A stretch of DNA of 64,000 nt from Toensbergia leucococca (taxonomy: Eukaryota). The notes beneath the pieces are model-generated. The model did not search any database and was not told the DNA's origin. It saw only the letters and a list, made by a program, of their open reading frames with translations. Within the stretch, counting starts at the first letter, position 1, and every line of letters begins with the position of its first letter. Below are positions 23,732-36,900 of this stretch, one piece after another. A program made the translations under genes and the position numbers. The DNA is taken from positions 1 to 64,000 of the forward strand of contig JALDZS010000082.1 in assembly GCA_022813965.1 (NCBI GenBank). The letters are read 5' to 3'.

Positions 23732-24525
23732 AAATTGAGATGATCCTGGGATTTTGTGATTCGCGGAGCTTTCTTCCTTTTTCTGACTTGTAGCCGCCGT
23801 TGAGCCGTGCAATCACACTCCCGAGTGCTCCTGTACCACGTCAGAATGTTCCCTGCCTCCGCCGATCTCATGTGTGTAACACGTCAAATCACTAAGGTAT
23901 ATTAGCTTCTAAACAGCGTCAACATCGTGAGGCTCTGACGAAATTTACTTTCCTTGAGTCAATCACATCACATCTTATTAGACTTCAAGTCAAATCAAAG
24001 CGTGACAGTTCTCTGGCTAATCTCCCCCAAATCCATGTAGGCGCTGCTATGGCTTTGTGACTTGTGTACCGATTGACCTGACCCTAGCATCAATGTGGAA
24101 CCTGAAACGCACCAGCGCCCAACCAATCACACACGACACGGGCCGCCATAGGGCTCAGGGAGCCCTGTCTGTTACGGTCCTTCTTCAAGTTAAAGAAGCC
24201 GCTCTCATCTCCGTTCTTCAGGCACGTCATGACAATGTTGTGCATCGGCACGGCAATATCAGGCCCCCCTCAAGCCTCGATCACATGCCCTCCGTAAATG
24301 GTCATGGCTGAAATCATCTAAGCCATGTTATTAAATAGATGCTTCTTGGAAACATCCCTCCCATTTCTATTCTAGAGTACTCTTGATAGTCATGGAAGTA
24401 AGAGGGGGTCTCATTCGTCAGGTGTCTCCCGGATGAGTATGCTTCGCTAAATGAAGATGCAATTCTCTAGCTTTCGTTACTCACGGATATAGCAACGCTC
24501 CAGATCCTGGTCTTAAATTTTGCCC

Positions 24526-26400
24526 CTATTCTTCATCTTCACCCCCATCGATGATTGCTTCCCCATCCTCCTCTCCCTCTTCGAAAGTCCCTGCTGGCAC
24601 CTCGTACAGCCTCAATAAGGGCTTGTTCGGGTCCTTGACAAGCACATACTTGCCCTCGTTCATCTTTAGACACATGTCTACAATCGTTCTGACTATACCC
24701 CATCCATTGGACAAATTCAGGTTCATCTGTTCCGCGAATTTGCGAGGATCATACCCAACAACACCAAGAATGACGTGACGATCGTTGGATTTGGGTGTGG
24801 ATCTTGAGACGAAGCTGCGGAATTGACCATTAGTGCTGACGTTACAGTGTGGAAAGAACGGCAACGAGTAATTGAGCGAGCGAGTACAAGCGATAGAGAG
24901 GGGCAACTCACCCAAGCTTCATCACATCGGCCTTGGCCAAAATACTCTGGACCGTCCACCTTGCTAGCTTACAGCTGTTATTCTTCATCTCCGTTGCTAC
25001 AACAGCACCCCGCTGACTCGTCAACTTCGTCCTCCAATCTAAAGCTCCTCCGCTTCCCTGGGCTTTATGATCGAACTCATTCAAGGCCTTGACAGTCAAG
25101 TATTGGTCTTCGCCACTGATATTATTCTTGACCACCGCATCGATTTCAGTACGCACAATTAGGTGCAGAGGATCTTCATCTTTTTCGAGAGAAAGATCGA
25201 ATCTTCGATACTTGTACGCCTTTGAAGCTAGGGCTTCAGTCTCTTCTGAAGGATTATAAAATGGATTCTCGTGGGGCATTTCGAATTTGGAGGTATCCGA
25301 CTCCATGACCGTCTGATTTGCAAAATTGTGATTAATAAAGGTTGCCTCCAGAGCGAGAGCGCCGGGAAAGTTGATTGAGTCTTTGTTCCCTTCTGATGCT
25401 TCTAAAGGTGCATCTGCAGCGTTCTCATTGACGCTGACCATATCGAGGGAAGAACCATCTCGTTTGTCAAGATATATCTTGTTCCCGTGTCGGGTAATGA
25501 CTAGATCCCACGAGTAAACAGATCGAGGAGCACACATTAGCATGGAGAGGATGTTATCGGTGGCAAATATAGTGGCTTCGTCTTTTTCGGCGAGCTCTTG
25601 AATGATCGGATCCGATGATGTAGTGACATTGTAAGCGGCACGGTCAACAACGTTGAGCTTTCGTTCTGTATTCTTGACGGGTGGCTTGTCATAAGAACGG
25701 TCATAGTAGTAGAGGAATCCATAGCTGTCGATGTCCTCGCCTGCACTGGTCTCCAGGTTAAGCTTTGCAAGACGATTGAAGTCAATTTCTTCCAACATCT
25801 GCCAATCAGGCTTTATGTTGACCGAAGAGTCTCTGTTGCGTTGGGGCTTGTCATAGTCCTTCCAGCCAAATCTACGGCCTCGACCCCCTCTTCCTCCACG
25901 ATTGTCGTAATAGGCACTTTGTTGACCGCCACGTCCACCTACGCGCTGAAATGTACCCCGGCCACCACGTTGATCTCGTCCACCACGTCCACGACCTCGG
26001 AAAACGGTACCGCCACCTCGCCCAAAGCCTCGGGTCTTGGTTGATGTGCGAGTGTTGTCAACCACAGAAAAAGATGATTCATCTTCAGCAACCTGTACGG
26101 CAAAGAGACTTGAGGTTCCAGCGCCGTAGACTTGCTGATCTGTAGTGAAGTGAGCACAGTATACTCTAGACATCGTGTAAACAGTCTTCTCCACTCACCT
26201 CTGTAATTCCTGTTATATTGTTGGCGTCCGCCACGTCCATTGTCTTTGCCATCAGATTGGGTCCAATCGGCCATGCGGCCTAGCTTGTCACCTTTGGAAT
26301 ATGGGGCATACGGAACGCCTTCTACTAAGGCCTCGCTGGTGATAGAAGGTCCCCATGCCTCATCAGAGGGGAGGGATGATACGAGCGCTTCCAGAGACAT
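24526..26400 (-). CDS. eIF3d: Eukaryotic translation initiation factor 3 subunit D
   Basis: Motifs: [21 protein letters not shown]-rich segment, [30 protein letters not shown] and [20 protein letters not shown]. Two introns. Confidence 0.95.
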
Positions 26401-26807
26401 GATCTTCTGATCTTTTGGCTTGCGATCTCGTGGGTAAAGAAATAGTAATGAGATCTAATGAAAATTCTCAGAACCGGCGACGTCAGTTACAAAGACTTTC
26501 GTTAGTACTGAGTCCATACGCACAGAAATGAGATGAAGTCCCTGAGATATGCTAATAGTTCGATCTTGTAACGGCGGGGATTTATAGTTGGGATATTCTA
26601 ATTGGCTGAAGAAATATTTTGCGATAATCAGCTTCTATCATACCTAAATTTGATCCGACGATCCTATCATAAAAAGCCTTCCCTTCTCGTTCACGATCTG
26701 TGTACTCTATGTCTTCATGCCCTCATTGTTAAGCTCGCTTAAGTACTCACCCCTGTCAAAGCCCTCAAGCAAGCCCTAAAAACACCGCAAGTTACGCGAC
26801 ACCCGCG

Positions 26808-28049
26808 ATGAACCCTTCATCCCCTCCAGCTCCACCACCAACCCTCCACATCCTCAATCGCACCATGGCAACAACCAACTCCTCTCCCAAAAAAGCCCTC
26901 GGCTCTGTCCTCGTCGTTGGCGGCTGCGGCTTCCTAGGCCACCACATAGTGCGCCAACTACTCGAGTCCTACATCGCCCAAGTCTCCGTCCTAGACCTGC
27001 AAACAACCCGCAACCGATTCCCCAAGGTCTCCTACCACGCCGGCGACATCACCTCTGCCCCGACCGTCACTGCAATCCTCTCGCAAATCGCCCCAGCAAT
27101 AATTATCCACACAGCCTCCCCGCCCATGGTAACCTCGACCTCAAGCACGGCCCTCTTCGAAAAGGTAAACATCGAGGGCACCCGCACCCTGCTTACCGCC
27201 GCCGCCGCCCTCCCCACCACAAAAGCCTTCATCTACACCTCTTCCGCGAGCGTCATCCACGACGGCACCTCCCCCTTAATCAACGCCTCAGAAGCCTACC
27301 CCCTCCTCCTGGGCCCCAACCAACCAGAACCCTACTCGGCCACCAAAGCCGCCGCCGAAGCCCTCGTCCTCGCCGCAAATCGCTCCTCAGCAAACCCAGC
27401 AATGCTAACAGCAGCCATCCGCCCCGCCGGTATCTTCGGCGAAGGCGACGTCCAGCTCATTCCCCCCATGATCACCGCCTACGAAAAGGGCCTGACGCGT
27501 TTCCAAATCGGCGACAACAGCAACCTCTTCGACTACACCTACGTCGGTAACGCCGCCCATGCGCACATCCTCGCTGCCATCGCCCTACTGCACACCCATG
27601 CCTCCTCCAAAACGCCCTCCGTCGACGACGCTCTCCGCGTCGACGGCGAGGCCTTCCTCGTTACCAACGACTCCCCCGTCTACTTCTGGGACTTCCCCCG
27701 CATGGTCTGGGCCGCCGCCGGCGACAAAACCGAAGTCCGGCAGGTGTGGGTCCTAGACAGAGCATTGGCGGGTTCGATAGCGACTATTTTGGCAGGACTG
27801 GGGTGGGTGTTTGGCAGTCTGATGGGGGGCTGGAAACCGAATTTGACACAGAAGGTGGTGGATTTGAGTTGTATGTCGCGGTATTATTCGATTGAGAAGG
27901 CCAAGAGGCGGTTGGGGTACCGGCCGCTTTTTGGGATGGAGGAGAGTATTCGGCGGAGTATGGAGTGGTTTTTGGAGGGGGAGGGGAAGCAGATTCGGAT
28001 GCAGGGGAAGGCTAAGAAGGCGGGGGGCGCGGAGAAGAAGCTGCAGTAG
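26808..28049 (+). CDS. ERG26: C-3 sterol dehydrogenase / C-4 decarboxylase (3-beta-HSD family)
   Basis: Motifs: VLVVGGCGFLGHHIV, IHTASP, YTSSASV, YSATK, IRPAGIFGEGD, NLFDYTYVGNAAHAH and C-terminal KKLQ (KKxx). The true start may be ATG 26865. Confidence 0.9.
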   Translation: MNPSSPPAPPPTLHILNRTMATTNSSPKKALGSVLVVGGCGFLGHHIVRQLLESYIAQVSVLDLQTTRNRFPKVSYHAGDITSAPTVTAILSQIAPAIIIHTASPPMVTSTSSTALFEKVNIEGTRTLLTAAAALPTTKAFIYTSSASVIHDGTSPLINASEAYPLLLGPNQPEPYSATKAAAEALVLAANRSSANPAMLTAAIRPAGIFGEGDVQLIPPMITAYEKGLTRFQIGDNSNLFDYTYVGNAAHAHILAAIALLHTHASSKTPSVDDALRVDGEAFLVTNDSPVYFWDFPRMVWAAAGDKTEVRQVWVLDRALAGSIATILAGLGWVFGSLMGGWKPNLTQKVVDLSCMSRYYSIEKAKRRLGYRPLFGMEESIRRSMEWFLEGEGKQIRMQGKAKKAGGAEKKLQ

Positions 28050-28700
28050 CTAGGATTGATGGAGCGAATGCTTGGGAAGGTTTGTTTGGAGGCTTGGTTT
28101 CTCGTGAGACTGACATTGTTTATTAATTATATCCCTTGCACGCCCTGAAGTGCAGTAACCTCTTTGTACATTACAAAAGCGACAGATGGTCCCCTATCCA
28201 ATCTATAAACGGGTATCATTCTTGGAAAGAAAACTCCGCACTTTTCGAAAACCCCCCCGTTTGAAGCCTTTTCTCCTAATTTCAGCCTTCTACCCCCGTT
28301 ACTCTCATTCGACAAAACTTAACCTCCTCGCCACCCAACATTTCAAATATCTATACAACACACCTCAGCCGAGCGACGTAACAGTTTTGCCAAATCACGC
28401 ACATTGCCAGAGGCATGTCCTTGTTACATCGCGCTTGTCATCGTCGCGTTTAGGTAGGCTGCCCTAGGCTTCATCAAGTAGCAAGACCTTGAGAATCATA
28501 CCCCGGCAGGAGGACATTGCTTGGGAAACCTTACCATCGCCAAGCTGTAGAAGTCGCCTAGCAGTATCAATCAGCCAAAGCTCGCTCGTGTGGCCGCTCT
28601 CCCAAGGGCTCGTTTATCTGAAAGCGGAGTCGATGGTTCCTAAGTCTCAAAGTGACCACCAACAGAAAAGTCTGTCAATGGACAGTAACACATCAACCCA

Positions 28701-31700
28701 TTAATCATCCTCCCCACTTCCACTCCCACTGCGACTTCCAAAGTAGCTCTGATCAATCGCCATAATCCACTCCATTTTTTGTACCTCGCTCCTTGCCGCG
28801 AACAGCCACGTGTTCATGGGCGCATACACGGCAAACACATTCAGCCTGATACGCTCGCTCCGCAACAGTTTTTGGATCTCGGGCTGGTGGTTGATGCGGG
28901 CGTTGCGGAGGTTCAGCACCGCGATTTCGTCGCCGTCGGGCACCGAGTAGATGTGTAGGTACGGACGGCGAAGTTCGGCGAAGCGACGGAGCCAGCGTCT
29001 GGAGTCGGAGTGGGGGCTGAGAAGGTAGCCGGATTTGAGGACGGAGGGGTTTTTGGGGATGGAGGTTATGGTGGCTGTGGGTCGGGGTGGGGAGGATTGG
29101 GTGGTTTGGGCGGTGGGTGGATGAGATTGTGGATCTGGATTTGAATTTGGATTGTGGGCATGGGCATGGGGAGAAAGATTTGGTTTTTGCGGGGCAGTCC
29201 ACAGTTTGATACATTTTTCTAATAGCTGCTGCTGCCTTCCGTCGAGCTCAACGTCTTCGGGCATAGACGTTGGTAAATCTCGTTGATTGCCGAGAAAAAC
29301 TCTAGCTGCTTCAACGTCGGTAATCAGCTGCCGTCGTTGTTGAGATCTCATAAAGTCTTGAACCAAAGACAATCCCCTAGGTTGCCAGTGCGATAAGTCT
29401 TCTTGGCCCTTCACGTATGCACGATTGCTGTCGAGTCTCCAAAGATCAGCGGCGCGCTTGACTGATGATGGTTTCAGAACAACAGAGAAAAGTCCTATCG
29501 TTGTATGTACGATTCTTGTCGTCTTCCATAATTGTTTAAACATGGATTGAGGACGAATCCAAGATCGAGGGCGTATCTGGAGTTTTTGTTCTAGAGAGAA
29601 ATCCATCGGTTCTTGAAGGCGTGAAGACGTGACACTCACTGTCACCAACATTTGTACACTATATTTTACAGCCGTTGGACGATCAAGTAACAGAGAATCA
29701 TGTAGGCTCGAATCCCATTGTCCAACCACGGTAATTTGTTTTGCCCCGTTTGAATTTTCCGTGACGAGTGAGTCTTGAACTAATTTCAAAGCAATGTCGG
29801 CCGAAGGAACGCTAAGATGAGCGACTAATCCCCAAGGATCGATGAGCTTGATGCCTCCAATGCGGAGTGATGTAGCTTCTTCCCATTTCATTGATTCGCT
29901 TGAGGGATACGATAGATGAACTACGACTCGTCTCTGCAAACCCTGATGAAGTTGATAGGTCCCGGCATCTAGATTGCTGTGCTGCTCAACTTCCACGGGG
30001 ACGTATTCACCAGCTTCTGATAATTCCAAGATCTGAGCCTTAGCAAATACATCATGTTGCTCTTGCATGTGGTATTCTGTCTCTGGTAACCTGGTGCTCT
30101 CTGCTGGCAGGCCATACTCTCGGCTCTCTTCACTTGTCTCTCGCATCTCATCCCAGCAGAGAAGCTTATCCAAGTGCATGGCAGTGACTTTAGCGTATAT
30201 TGCAACTCGTAATGGCGGACTGTGGAGGTTATTGGTCGGTAAGCTCATGCTATGAACGCTCTCAAAACGGATAGGGCCTTCATCAAAATCACGTATCATT
30301 TGAGTAGTCGTCACACCCCCTTCTTCGTTGATTCCAGGCATGTATAACTGCGCATGAACATCTGTTCCCTCGCGCTCTGCAAATCCTACCATCTCATGCA
30401 TTACAATATTGAATTTCAACATAGACGGAGGAGCCATTGCTGAGGATGGTTCGAGCGATAATCTAATGACACCGATCGTTTCATGGGTATGGTTTGAAGT
30501 GACCTCAATAGTATAATCTTGTACACGAGCCTCGAAAACCGCTACTAACGGCACGTTCGCATCACCGATCAGCGAGTATTGCGGCATGCAGGCTTCGACG
30601 AAGGGGTTCTCGAGCCTAAAGTGTTGTAGGTAGTCTGGTCGGTCGATGTATTGATACATTTGACGCATAGTCAGAACACGGCCCACGAGCTTTTCAAGGG
30701 ACCATAGATGTATGACAGTATGTTGGTAGTCAATCACCCTGACTGCAATACAAGGTTTCCTCGTGCCATCGAGCGCCTGATCTTCCTCGCCTGACACACT
30801 GCTCAGTACCAGATCATATGAGGAGCACATTTCTTGACCCTCGTTGACGGCAACATATTGAAAAGCAACATGTTTGTCCATTGCTTCACTCATAATTTGT
30901 GCCTCTTTTAAGATCGCTGCATACTGAAGGACGATTTCTGACAGTCGCACGTATCTGAGCTGTTTCCACCGCTCTATGACAAGTTTGGCGACCACTTTTT
31001 CTTTGTGTAGAAGTTCACTAAAGCCACCTTGGGTGGCCCTTGGTGTTGGAGGCTTTGATGCCTCCCGCAACTGATGCTCAAAGAAATCTTTCTGTTCTCT
31101 GAGTTGAAGCTGGAAATGCTCTTTTGCCGACTTCAAGGCATCCTCCATCCTCTCCTTTTCGAGTCTCAGTTCTCCAACGTCATGCGTCGATGACTCAGCA
31201 TTCTGTAGCATTTCCTCAAAATCCTCCTTTTGCTTGTCGAGCTGTTCTTGCATGGCGTTTCGAACCAGCTCCAACCTGTTGTCTTCGCTGCTCGCTCCCT
31301 CAGAACCATCTTGCGGAGTCCCAGGTATGGTGATAGCAGTATCGAGGGAGAAGTTATCAATGGTACTACTGGACAGATACTTGTCCCTAATCGGGTACGA
31401 GTTCACGGACTGCAAGTCGTCATCATCTTGACCGGAGAGCCTGGACTCGGGTCGACCTTTACGTACAGCACGAATCCTTTGCAGGTCGTCAAAAAGGACG
31501 TCTAATTCTTCATCTGTCAGATGGGAGATCTTGTGATCATCGCCCAAGATTGCACCTGCAGCCTCCCTGCGTGCGAAGGACCAGTCCGAATCCCGCCCGG
31601 TTCTATGAGGCATTGGCGAATCAGGTCTGCTGCACTCACCATCGATATCCGAGTCTGCCCTGCTAAGCGTGCGCTCATGAACAGGCCTTGGTACTGGAGA

Positions 31701-33533
31701 TCCAAGTTGACTCGTTGCAACAGAATGTCTGAGTAAGCTTTGCTCTGCGCGTTCAGCACGAGCTTCTTGTGGATGAGTGAAACGAAAGATGTGAAAATCG
31801 CCTAGGATAATGCGACTGCCACTGCGGAGTCTTCTCGGTTTGTCGATTCGTATGCCATTCACCATGACAGCAGCACCATCCCTAGGGATGAGTGTAACGT
31901 GTCCGTCGAGGCTCTCAAAAGTACAATGATCCCGGAGAATCTTCGAACCATTTAGCCTGATCTCTGAGGTGGCACCCGTATCTTCCACGTTGCCAACAGT
32001 CGTCGTGCCAGGCTTGATATTGTATACCAAACATTCAGCGAGTAGAGGATCATCATTCAGATTCACCAGATGGGGCATCTTCTTAGGCGTTGATAGCCCG
32101 ACGAAGCCCTTTTCTATGCTGATGCCAAGTTCCTCAAGCGCAGCTTCTCGCTCCTTGTGTATCTGCTCGGTTTTCTGGAGCTTTTCTTCCCACGTTTGGT
32201 TCAAATCTTTATACAGCTTCTCCGATTGACTCAACCGATCAGCAATATCAGCTTTGGATACCTTTTTGATTGTTCCATCAGGTTGAACAATTGAAACAAT
32301 CTGCTTGTCTAACGGTACATCGGAAGCGTATTGCTCTTCGGCAATTCCGCCCGACGTGGCGTCACTGCTCAACTTGGACCTGAGCTGGGCCAATTCCTCC
32401 TTGAGTTCTCTAATCATGCGAGCATTTGGATCTTCATTGATGACTGCATGGTTCTTTATCCGCTTCGCAGAGTCGGCGTATCTCAGTGTGCTCAAAGTCT
32501 CTTCAAAATTGATGTCTGCTGGTGAGATTGCAGCTATCATGGCTGTCATGCTGTTACCTCCGAGAGAATCTTTCAGCAACCAAGTCAAGACCGAGTCACG
32601 ATAGGGAACCATTGATGGATTCTTCTTCTTCCCGGTGGATAAATCTGCTAATGCTGCGATGACCCGGCCAAGAGTTGACAGTGAGCGGTTGATCTCTGCA
32701 CCCTCCTTCAGACGGGCTCCTATAGCTCCTGTCGACGTAGCTCTTTCGGAACCTGCAAGATCCACAAGGCTGATTTTGGCGACTTTCTCCGTGTCCATGG
32801 AGGTTTCCACATCATGCCTCTTTTGCGTAACAGTCAATGTGAAGACTGCATGGGACCGACTTGATGTTTCATTCATGGTCGTCGCTGCCACTGTTCTAGC
32901 TTTGTTCCCTTCATCCATTAAGTTTTGAATCTCTTGGAAGGACCTGACAACTAGCTTCGCTAAGTCTTCAACGTATGGTCCTGTGGAAGGATGCTCTCGA
33001 ACTCTAAGGTTTCCTTTCGTAGATGGGTTCAGTAGGTCCCGTACTCGTTCATTGTAGATCTCCAAGTAGGAAACCTCGACCCTGCAGCTGAGATTCTTGT
33101 CTTTCTGGATGTCTGTGATTCTTTCAAACATGTTCTGACAGATCCGTGGTATAACGCCGGCCTCTTTGCCATAGCCCATCATACTGTAAGACTTTCCGGA
33201 CCCGGTCTGGCCATAGGCAAAGATACAGTTATTGTAGCCTTGGAATGCATTGTCAAGTAAGGGCACTCCAAGGTCATTGAAGAGGCTATCTTGCCCCGCG
33301 AATTTAGGATCTGCCGGGTCGAAGGAGCAATAGCTCCTGTCGAATGCGAATACTTTCTGGACACCTGTCCCTTTGCTAGTTTTGGAGGCACGAAGACGGT
33401 CCTCTGCTCCCGGCGGCGGTATGAGGATGGTCTGAGCATCTTTCATCTGCACTACACATTTTGCCCTCCGGTCCAATTCCCTACCATTGAAAGGCCTCAC
33501 TCTCACAACGACCTTTATGTTTCCGGCGGCCAT
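28701..33533 (-). CDS. uncA: Kinesin-3 (UNC-104/KIF1 family) motor with FHA and PH domains, intronless
   Basis: MAAGNIKVVVRVRP start (ATG 33533), P-loop GQTGSGKS, NETSSRSH, DLAGSE, FHA (PHLVNLNDDPLLAECLVY..) and C-terminal PH (KSGYL..WLRRF..EWIMAID). Confidence 0.95.
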   Translation of the reverse strand: MAAGNIKVVVRVRPFNGRELDRRAKCVVQMKDAQTILIPPPGAEDRLRASKTSKGTGVQKVFAFDRSYCSFDPADPKFAGQDSLFNDLGVPLLDNAFQGYNNCIFAYGQTGSGKSYSMMGYGKEAGVIPRICQNMFERITDIQKDKNLSCRVEVSYLEIYNERVRDLLNPSTKGNLRVREHPSTGPYVEDLAKLVVRSFQEIQNLMDEGNKARTVAATTMNETSSRSHAVFTLTVTQKRHDVETSMDTEKVAKISLVDLAGSERATSTGAIGARLKEGAEINRSLSTLGRVIAALADLSTGKKKNPSMVPYRDSVLTWLLKDSLGGNSMTAMIAAISPADINFEETLSTLRYADSAKRIKNHAVINEDPNARMIRELKEELAQLRSKLSSDATSGGIAEEQYASDVPLDKQIVSIVQPDGTIKKVSKADIADRLSQSEKLYKDLNQTWEEKLQKTEQIHKEREAALEELGISIEKGFVGLSTPKKMPHLVNLNDDPLLAECLVYNIKPGTTTVGNVEDTGATSEIRLNGSKILRDHCTFESLDGHVTLIPRDGAAVMVNGIRIDKPRRLRSGSRIILGDFHIFRFTHPQEARAERAEQSLLRHSVATSQLGSPVPRPVHERTLSRADSDIDGECSRPDSPMPHRTGRDSDWSFARREAAGAILGDDHKISHLTDEELDVLFDDLQRIRAVRKGRPESRLSGQDDDDLQSVNSYPIRDKYLSSSTIDNFSLDTAITIPGTPQDGSEGASSEDNRLELVRNAMQEQLDKQKEDFEEMLQNAESSTHDVGELRLEKERMEDALKSAKEHFQLQLREQKDFFEHQLREASKPPTPRATQGGFSELLHKEKVVAKLVIERWKQLRYVRLSEIVLQYAAILKEAQIMSEAMDKHVAFQYVAVNEGQEMCSSYDLVLSSVSGEEDQALDGTRKPCIAVRVIDYQHTVIHLWSLEKLVGRVLTMRQMYQYIDRPDYLQHFRLENPFVEACMPQYSLIGDANVPLVAVFEARVQDYTIEVTSNHTHETIGVIRLSLEPSSAMAPPSMLKFNIVMHEMVGFAEREGTDVHAQLYMPGINEEGGVTTTQMIRDFDEGPIRFESVHSMSLPTNNLHSPPLRVAIYAKVTAMHLDKLLCWDEMRETSEESREYGLPAESTRLPETEYHMQEQHDVFAKAQILELSEAGEYVPVEVEQHSNLDAGTYQLHQGLQRRVVVHLSYPSSESMKWEEATSLRIGGIKLIDPWGLVAHLSVPSADIALKLVQDSLVTENSNGAKQITVVGQWDSSLHDSLLLDRPTAVKYSVQMLVTVSVTSSRLQEPMDFSLEQKLQIRPRSWIRPQSMFKQLWKTTRIVHTTIGLFSVVLKPSSVKRAADLWRLDSNRAYVKGQEDLSHWQPRGLSLVQDFMRSQQRRQLITDVEAARVFLGNQRDLPTSMPEDVELDGRQQQLLEKCIKLWTAPQKPNLSPHAHAHNPNSNPDPQSHPPTAQTTQSSPPRPTATITSIPKNPSVLKSGYLLSPHSDSRRWLRRFAELRRPYLHIYSVPDGDEIAVLNLRNARINHQPEIQKLLRSERIRLNVFAVYAPMNTWLFAARSEVQKMEWIMAIDQSYFGSRSGSGSGEDD

Positions 33534-33964
33534 GTCGAATTGAACTGGGCTTTCAGCCAGAATGGCCTGGCTTCGAGCCAGCCACACATGCAGCTCGTGA
33601 GAAGTGGGTGTACTTCCAGATAGATTTGGCGTGTTGTTGTTTTGCCCATTTCCCGTGAAGCTCCCCCAGAGCTACGCGAAACCCACGGGCCGCCGTCGGC
33701 TGGCTGTCCACGGGTCGGTGTTTATTCAGGCCGAGGTCGAGGCTGTGAGGCTGTGCTGCATATGCTTGTCGTCGATCAAAGCTTGGCTATGGCTGTGGCT
33801 GAGGTCGGATAATCCTCGTCATCAGTCGCTGCTACTCAGTCGCCGTCTTGTGCCGTGTAGTTGCATATGGACCACTGAGACGTGGCCTAGTGCGAAGCCG
33901 CACTCTACTCAAACCTCTTCAAGAGACTGGGGACGACCCTCCTCCCAACTCCATATAAAACGCC

Positions 33965-36900
33965 ATGTCAGACCTTGCGAGACCAACATCAATGAAACCG
34001 CCAAAAGGCTCAGTGCCTTCTGTGAATGGTGAAATTACGAGCAATGTATCTCTACCGTCAAGAGCCAAGCTGGACGCTAACAAAGTCTCTCGTGACAATA
34101 TGCCTCCCCTTGGCCATGCCCTGACAGGAAAACAAGAACATTGTAAGTGACATCCAGCGGGAAAGCGGCTTCCAGGCTGACATTTCAAGAGACCTCAAAC
34201 GGGAGCTCTTATCGAGGCAAGTTCAGTATGAAATCTCGGAACTTGCATCAACGACCGCTTTGCAAAGATTCGGGGCACCCTTCAGGTCCGAATTTGGGGA
34301 GGTTTCACCACTTGACTCAGACCTTCCAATTCTACGATACATTTTTGTACATCATGTGCGCAATTTCCCTTTTTTGGATCGGGCGAGGGAGAAAGAGTTT
34401 TGGCAGGACAAACTGCAAGTGGTAAGGGCAGGATTCATTGGCTTTCAAATTGAGTTATCCTAAACCCAATCGTAGTTCCTCGAATCTTTTGCGAATAAAC
34501 ATATATCATCGTCCGAAGACCGGCTGGAGGAGACAAAGAGACGGAAGCTTGCAATGAAGTCCGAGAAATTGGTCGAACTGATGATGGTCTCTGGCATCCC
34601 GACGGCCTCCGGTTATGAGGAGCGAATCCGCTTTTCTGAGATTGAGGTTGTTGACCGTGGAGCTAACGAGCAGGGACTCCTGGTGAACCAGCCAGACGGT
34701 CATGCAATCAACGGCTGGGACGTCAATATAGCTGGTGTGCGGACAACATCAGTGAAACGGACAGTACGGTACCATCAGCACGCGGTATTGGACCCCATAA
34801 TTCTGATTCTTGAGAAAAAGCTGACTGGTTCTCATTAGGAGTTTATATTACGTGTCAAACAGGTAGGTAAGCCCGGAATCTACGTAGGGCGGAGATACGG
34901 TGACTTTGTGAAGTTCTACAAACGACTGCGCACTGAATTGCCCGGCAAAGTCTTACCTCCGCTCCCTCGAAAGAACAAAAACTCTACCCGTTCAAGCATG
35001 CTAAGTGCTGGGGAAAAAGACGATGATGCTTCGTCAGTATCTTCGGGATCTACACAAGCAACCGATGATCGGAGCTCTTTCCGCTATCTAGTTGGTGGAG
35101 GAGGCCATCGACGTTCAGCATCTTTGCATTCTAGCCGTTCAGATCGAGCCTCTGGCGAGTTTTCTGGGGAGACTGTGACACTATTCCGTGAAGACCAGAG
35201 GGTCTCGCTCAGAGCTTTTTTGCGGACATTTCTTCAAAACCCACAAATAGCCGAGTCTAAATCCATGAACACGTTCTTGACGACGATGCCAGTCGAACTC
35301 AACGAAGAAGAGCTGATTGATATTGACAGGCGGAAAGAGATGGACGAAAAGCGTATTTTAGAGCAGAAGCGATTTTACGAAATCGCTAGGCAGAGGGCAA
35401 GAGAACTCGATGTCTACATGGAAAGATTCAGGAGAGACATTGTTGAAAGCAGTATGTCATAAATCATGCCTTGGTACCAGCTTTCCGAAGCTAAAACCAT
35501 CTTAGACGGTCTCACCAAGCTCTTCAAGGAGATCAAGGAGAAGGACAAGATCGACGACTTGAGTGTAGAATACAAGAAATTTGCCGAATGGTTACGGATA
35601 GAGTCAGTACCATTCAGTTTCCTGGTAACACAAGCTGAAAATTGACATAGAGTCGCTGCAACCATTTACCACCTATTTCTGGCCGAAGACAACTCACCCG
35701 AACTATGTGCACAAGCCAAACGAATACATTCGATGATGCCGTATGCCGCTTTGAAGCAAATCATCCGTTTCGCCAATCCAGCAGCAGTCATGTCAGGGGT
35801 GCTAGATCTCTTCCTCGCACAACCATTCGGCGCACGTTCTCTCGCGCAGAGAGTCTTTGCCATTGCCCTAAATGACGGAATCCGGACCTTTCAAAAGGCC
35901 ATAGATTCTTTGGTTGTCAAAGTTGACGATCCCGTTCTGTGCGAGAAGCTCAAACGCTTTTGCAACTCGGACGAAATGACCAAGAATATCCTTAGGAGCG
36001 AAGCTGTGGTTGAGCAAGTTGACCTGATCGTCGTGATATTGAGATCAGAGCTCTTCACTCCCGAATTGACCGGCGAACAAATAGGCAAAGTCTTTAATGC
36101 CTACGTGGCCTGGAACAATGCTGTCGACAATGTAAGTCTTGTTGAATGTCTCAACGAACGCGGCTGGCTAATAGAACTAGATTGACGAGGAGATGAAACA
36201 AGGCGCCCAGCTTTTCTCCTATCTCAAACAGCTCCTGAAAATGTATACAAGACAGCGAGACAAAGCAATGATGCTAAGCGTCATCGAAGAAGTAAGCCAC
36301 CCCTTCCCCAAACCCTATCTAACAAATGACCAAATCAATGAATGCTCACCCACTCCCCAAAAGCCCGTAACCCTTCAACTCTTCCGCGACCTCTTCACAA
36401 TCTTCTACGAACCTCTCGTCCGCGTCTACAAATCCGCAAATGTCTATAGCAGCGTCACGGACTTCTCCACCTTCGCTGATGACATGTTCACCGTCATCGA
36501 TCGTGCCCAACGCCAAGACGTCGCCGCCGACCCCAACCAAACCGTCCAATCTTTCATCGATCTCTGCGCCCGTCACGAACACAACTTTTACAAATTCGTC
36601 CACGAGGTCCATATCCACGACAACGGCCTCTTCGGTAAGCTCATGGGCTGGCTGGAAGGTATCCTTGAATTTTTGCGCCACGGCCCCAAAGGTGGCAAGC
36701 TGGACATGAACGCCTTGTTCCAAGGCGCGGCGGACGTGGGCCAGATTGACAAGGGCGTTGCGATCGACGAAATCAACGCTCTGATCAAATGGCAGGAAGA
36801 GCGCAAAAAATGGCACCAGGATAAGACCCGCCAGAAAATGGCCACGGCAGGCACCGCCAAGTCCGAAGCCGCCCCTGGGTCTGCAACCTTCAAAAGTAGC

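Noticed and set aside
26652..26700. Sterol regulatory element upstream of ERG26 (ATCCGACGAT, TCGTTCACGAT)
   Set aside because: Only a partial match to SREBP/Upc2-type sites, too degenerate to support.
28047..28148. ERG26 stop read-through (TAG CTAG) to a cryptic peroxisomal signal
   Set aside because: The known motif is TGA CTA. The extension ends ..IPCTP*, which is not a PTS1, and it would mask the KKxx terminus.
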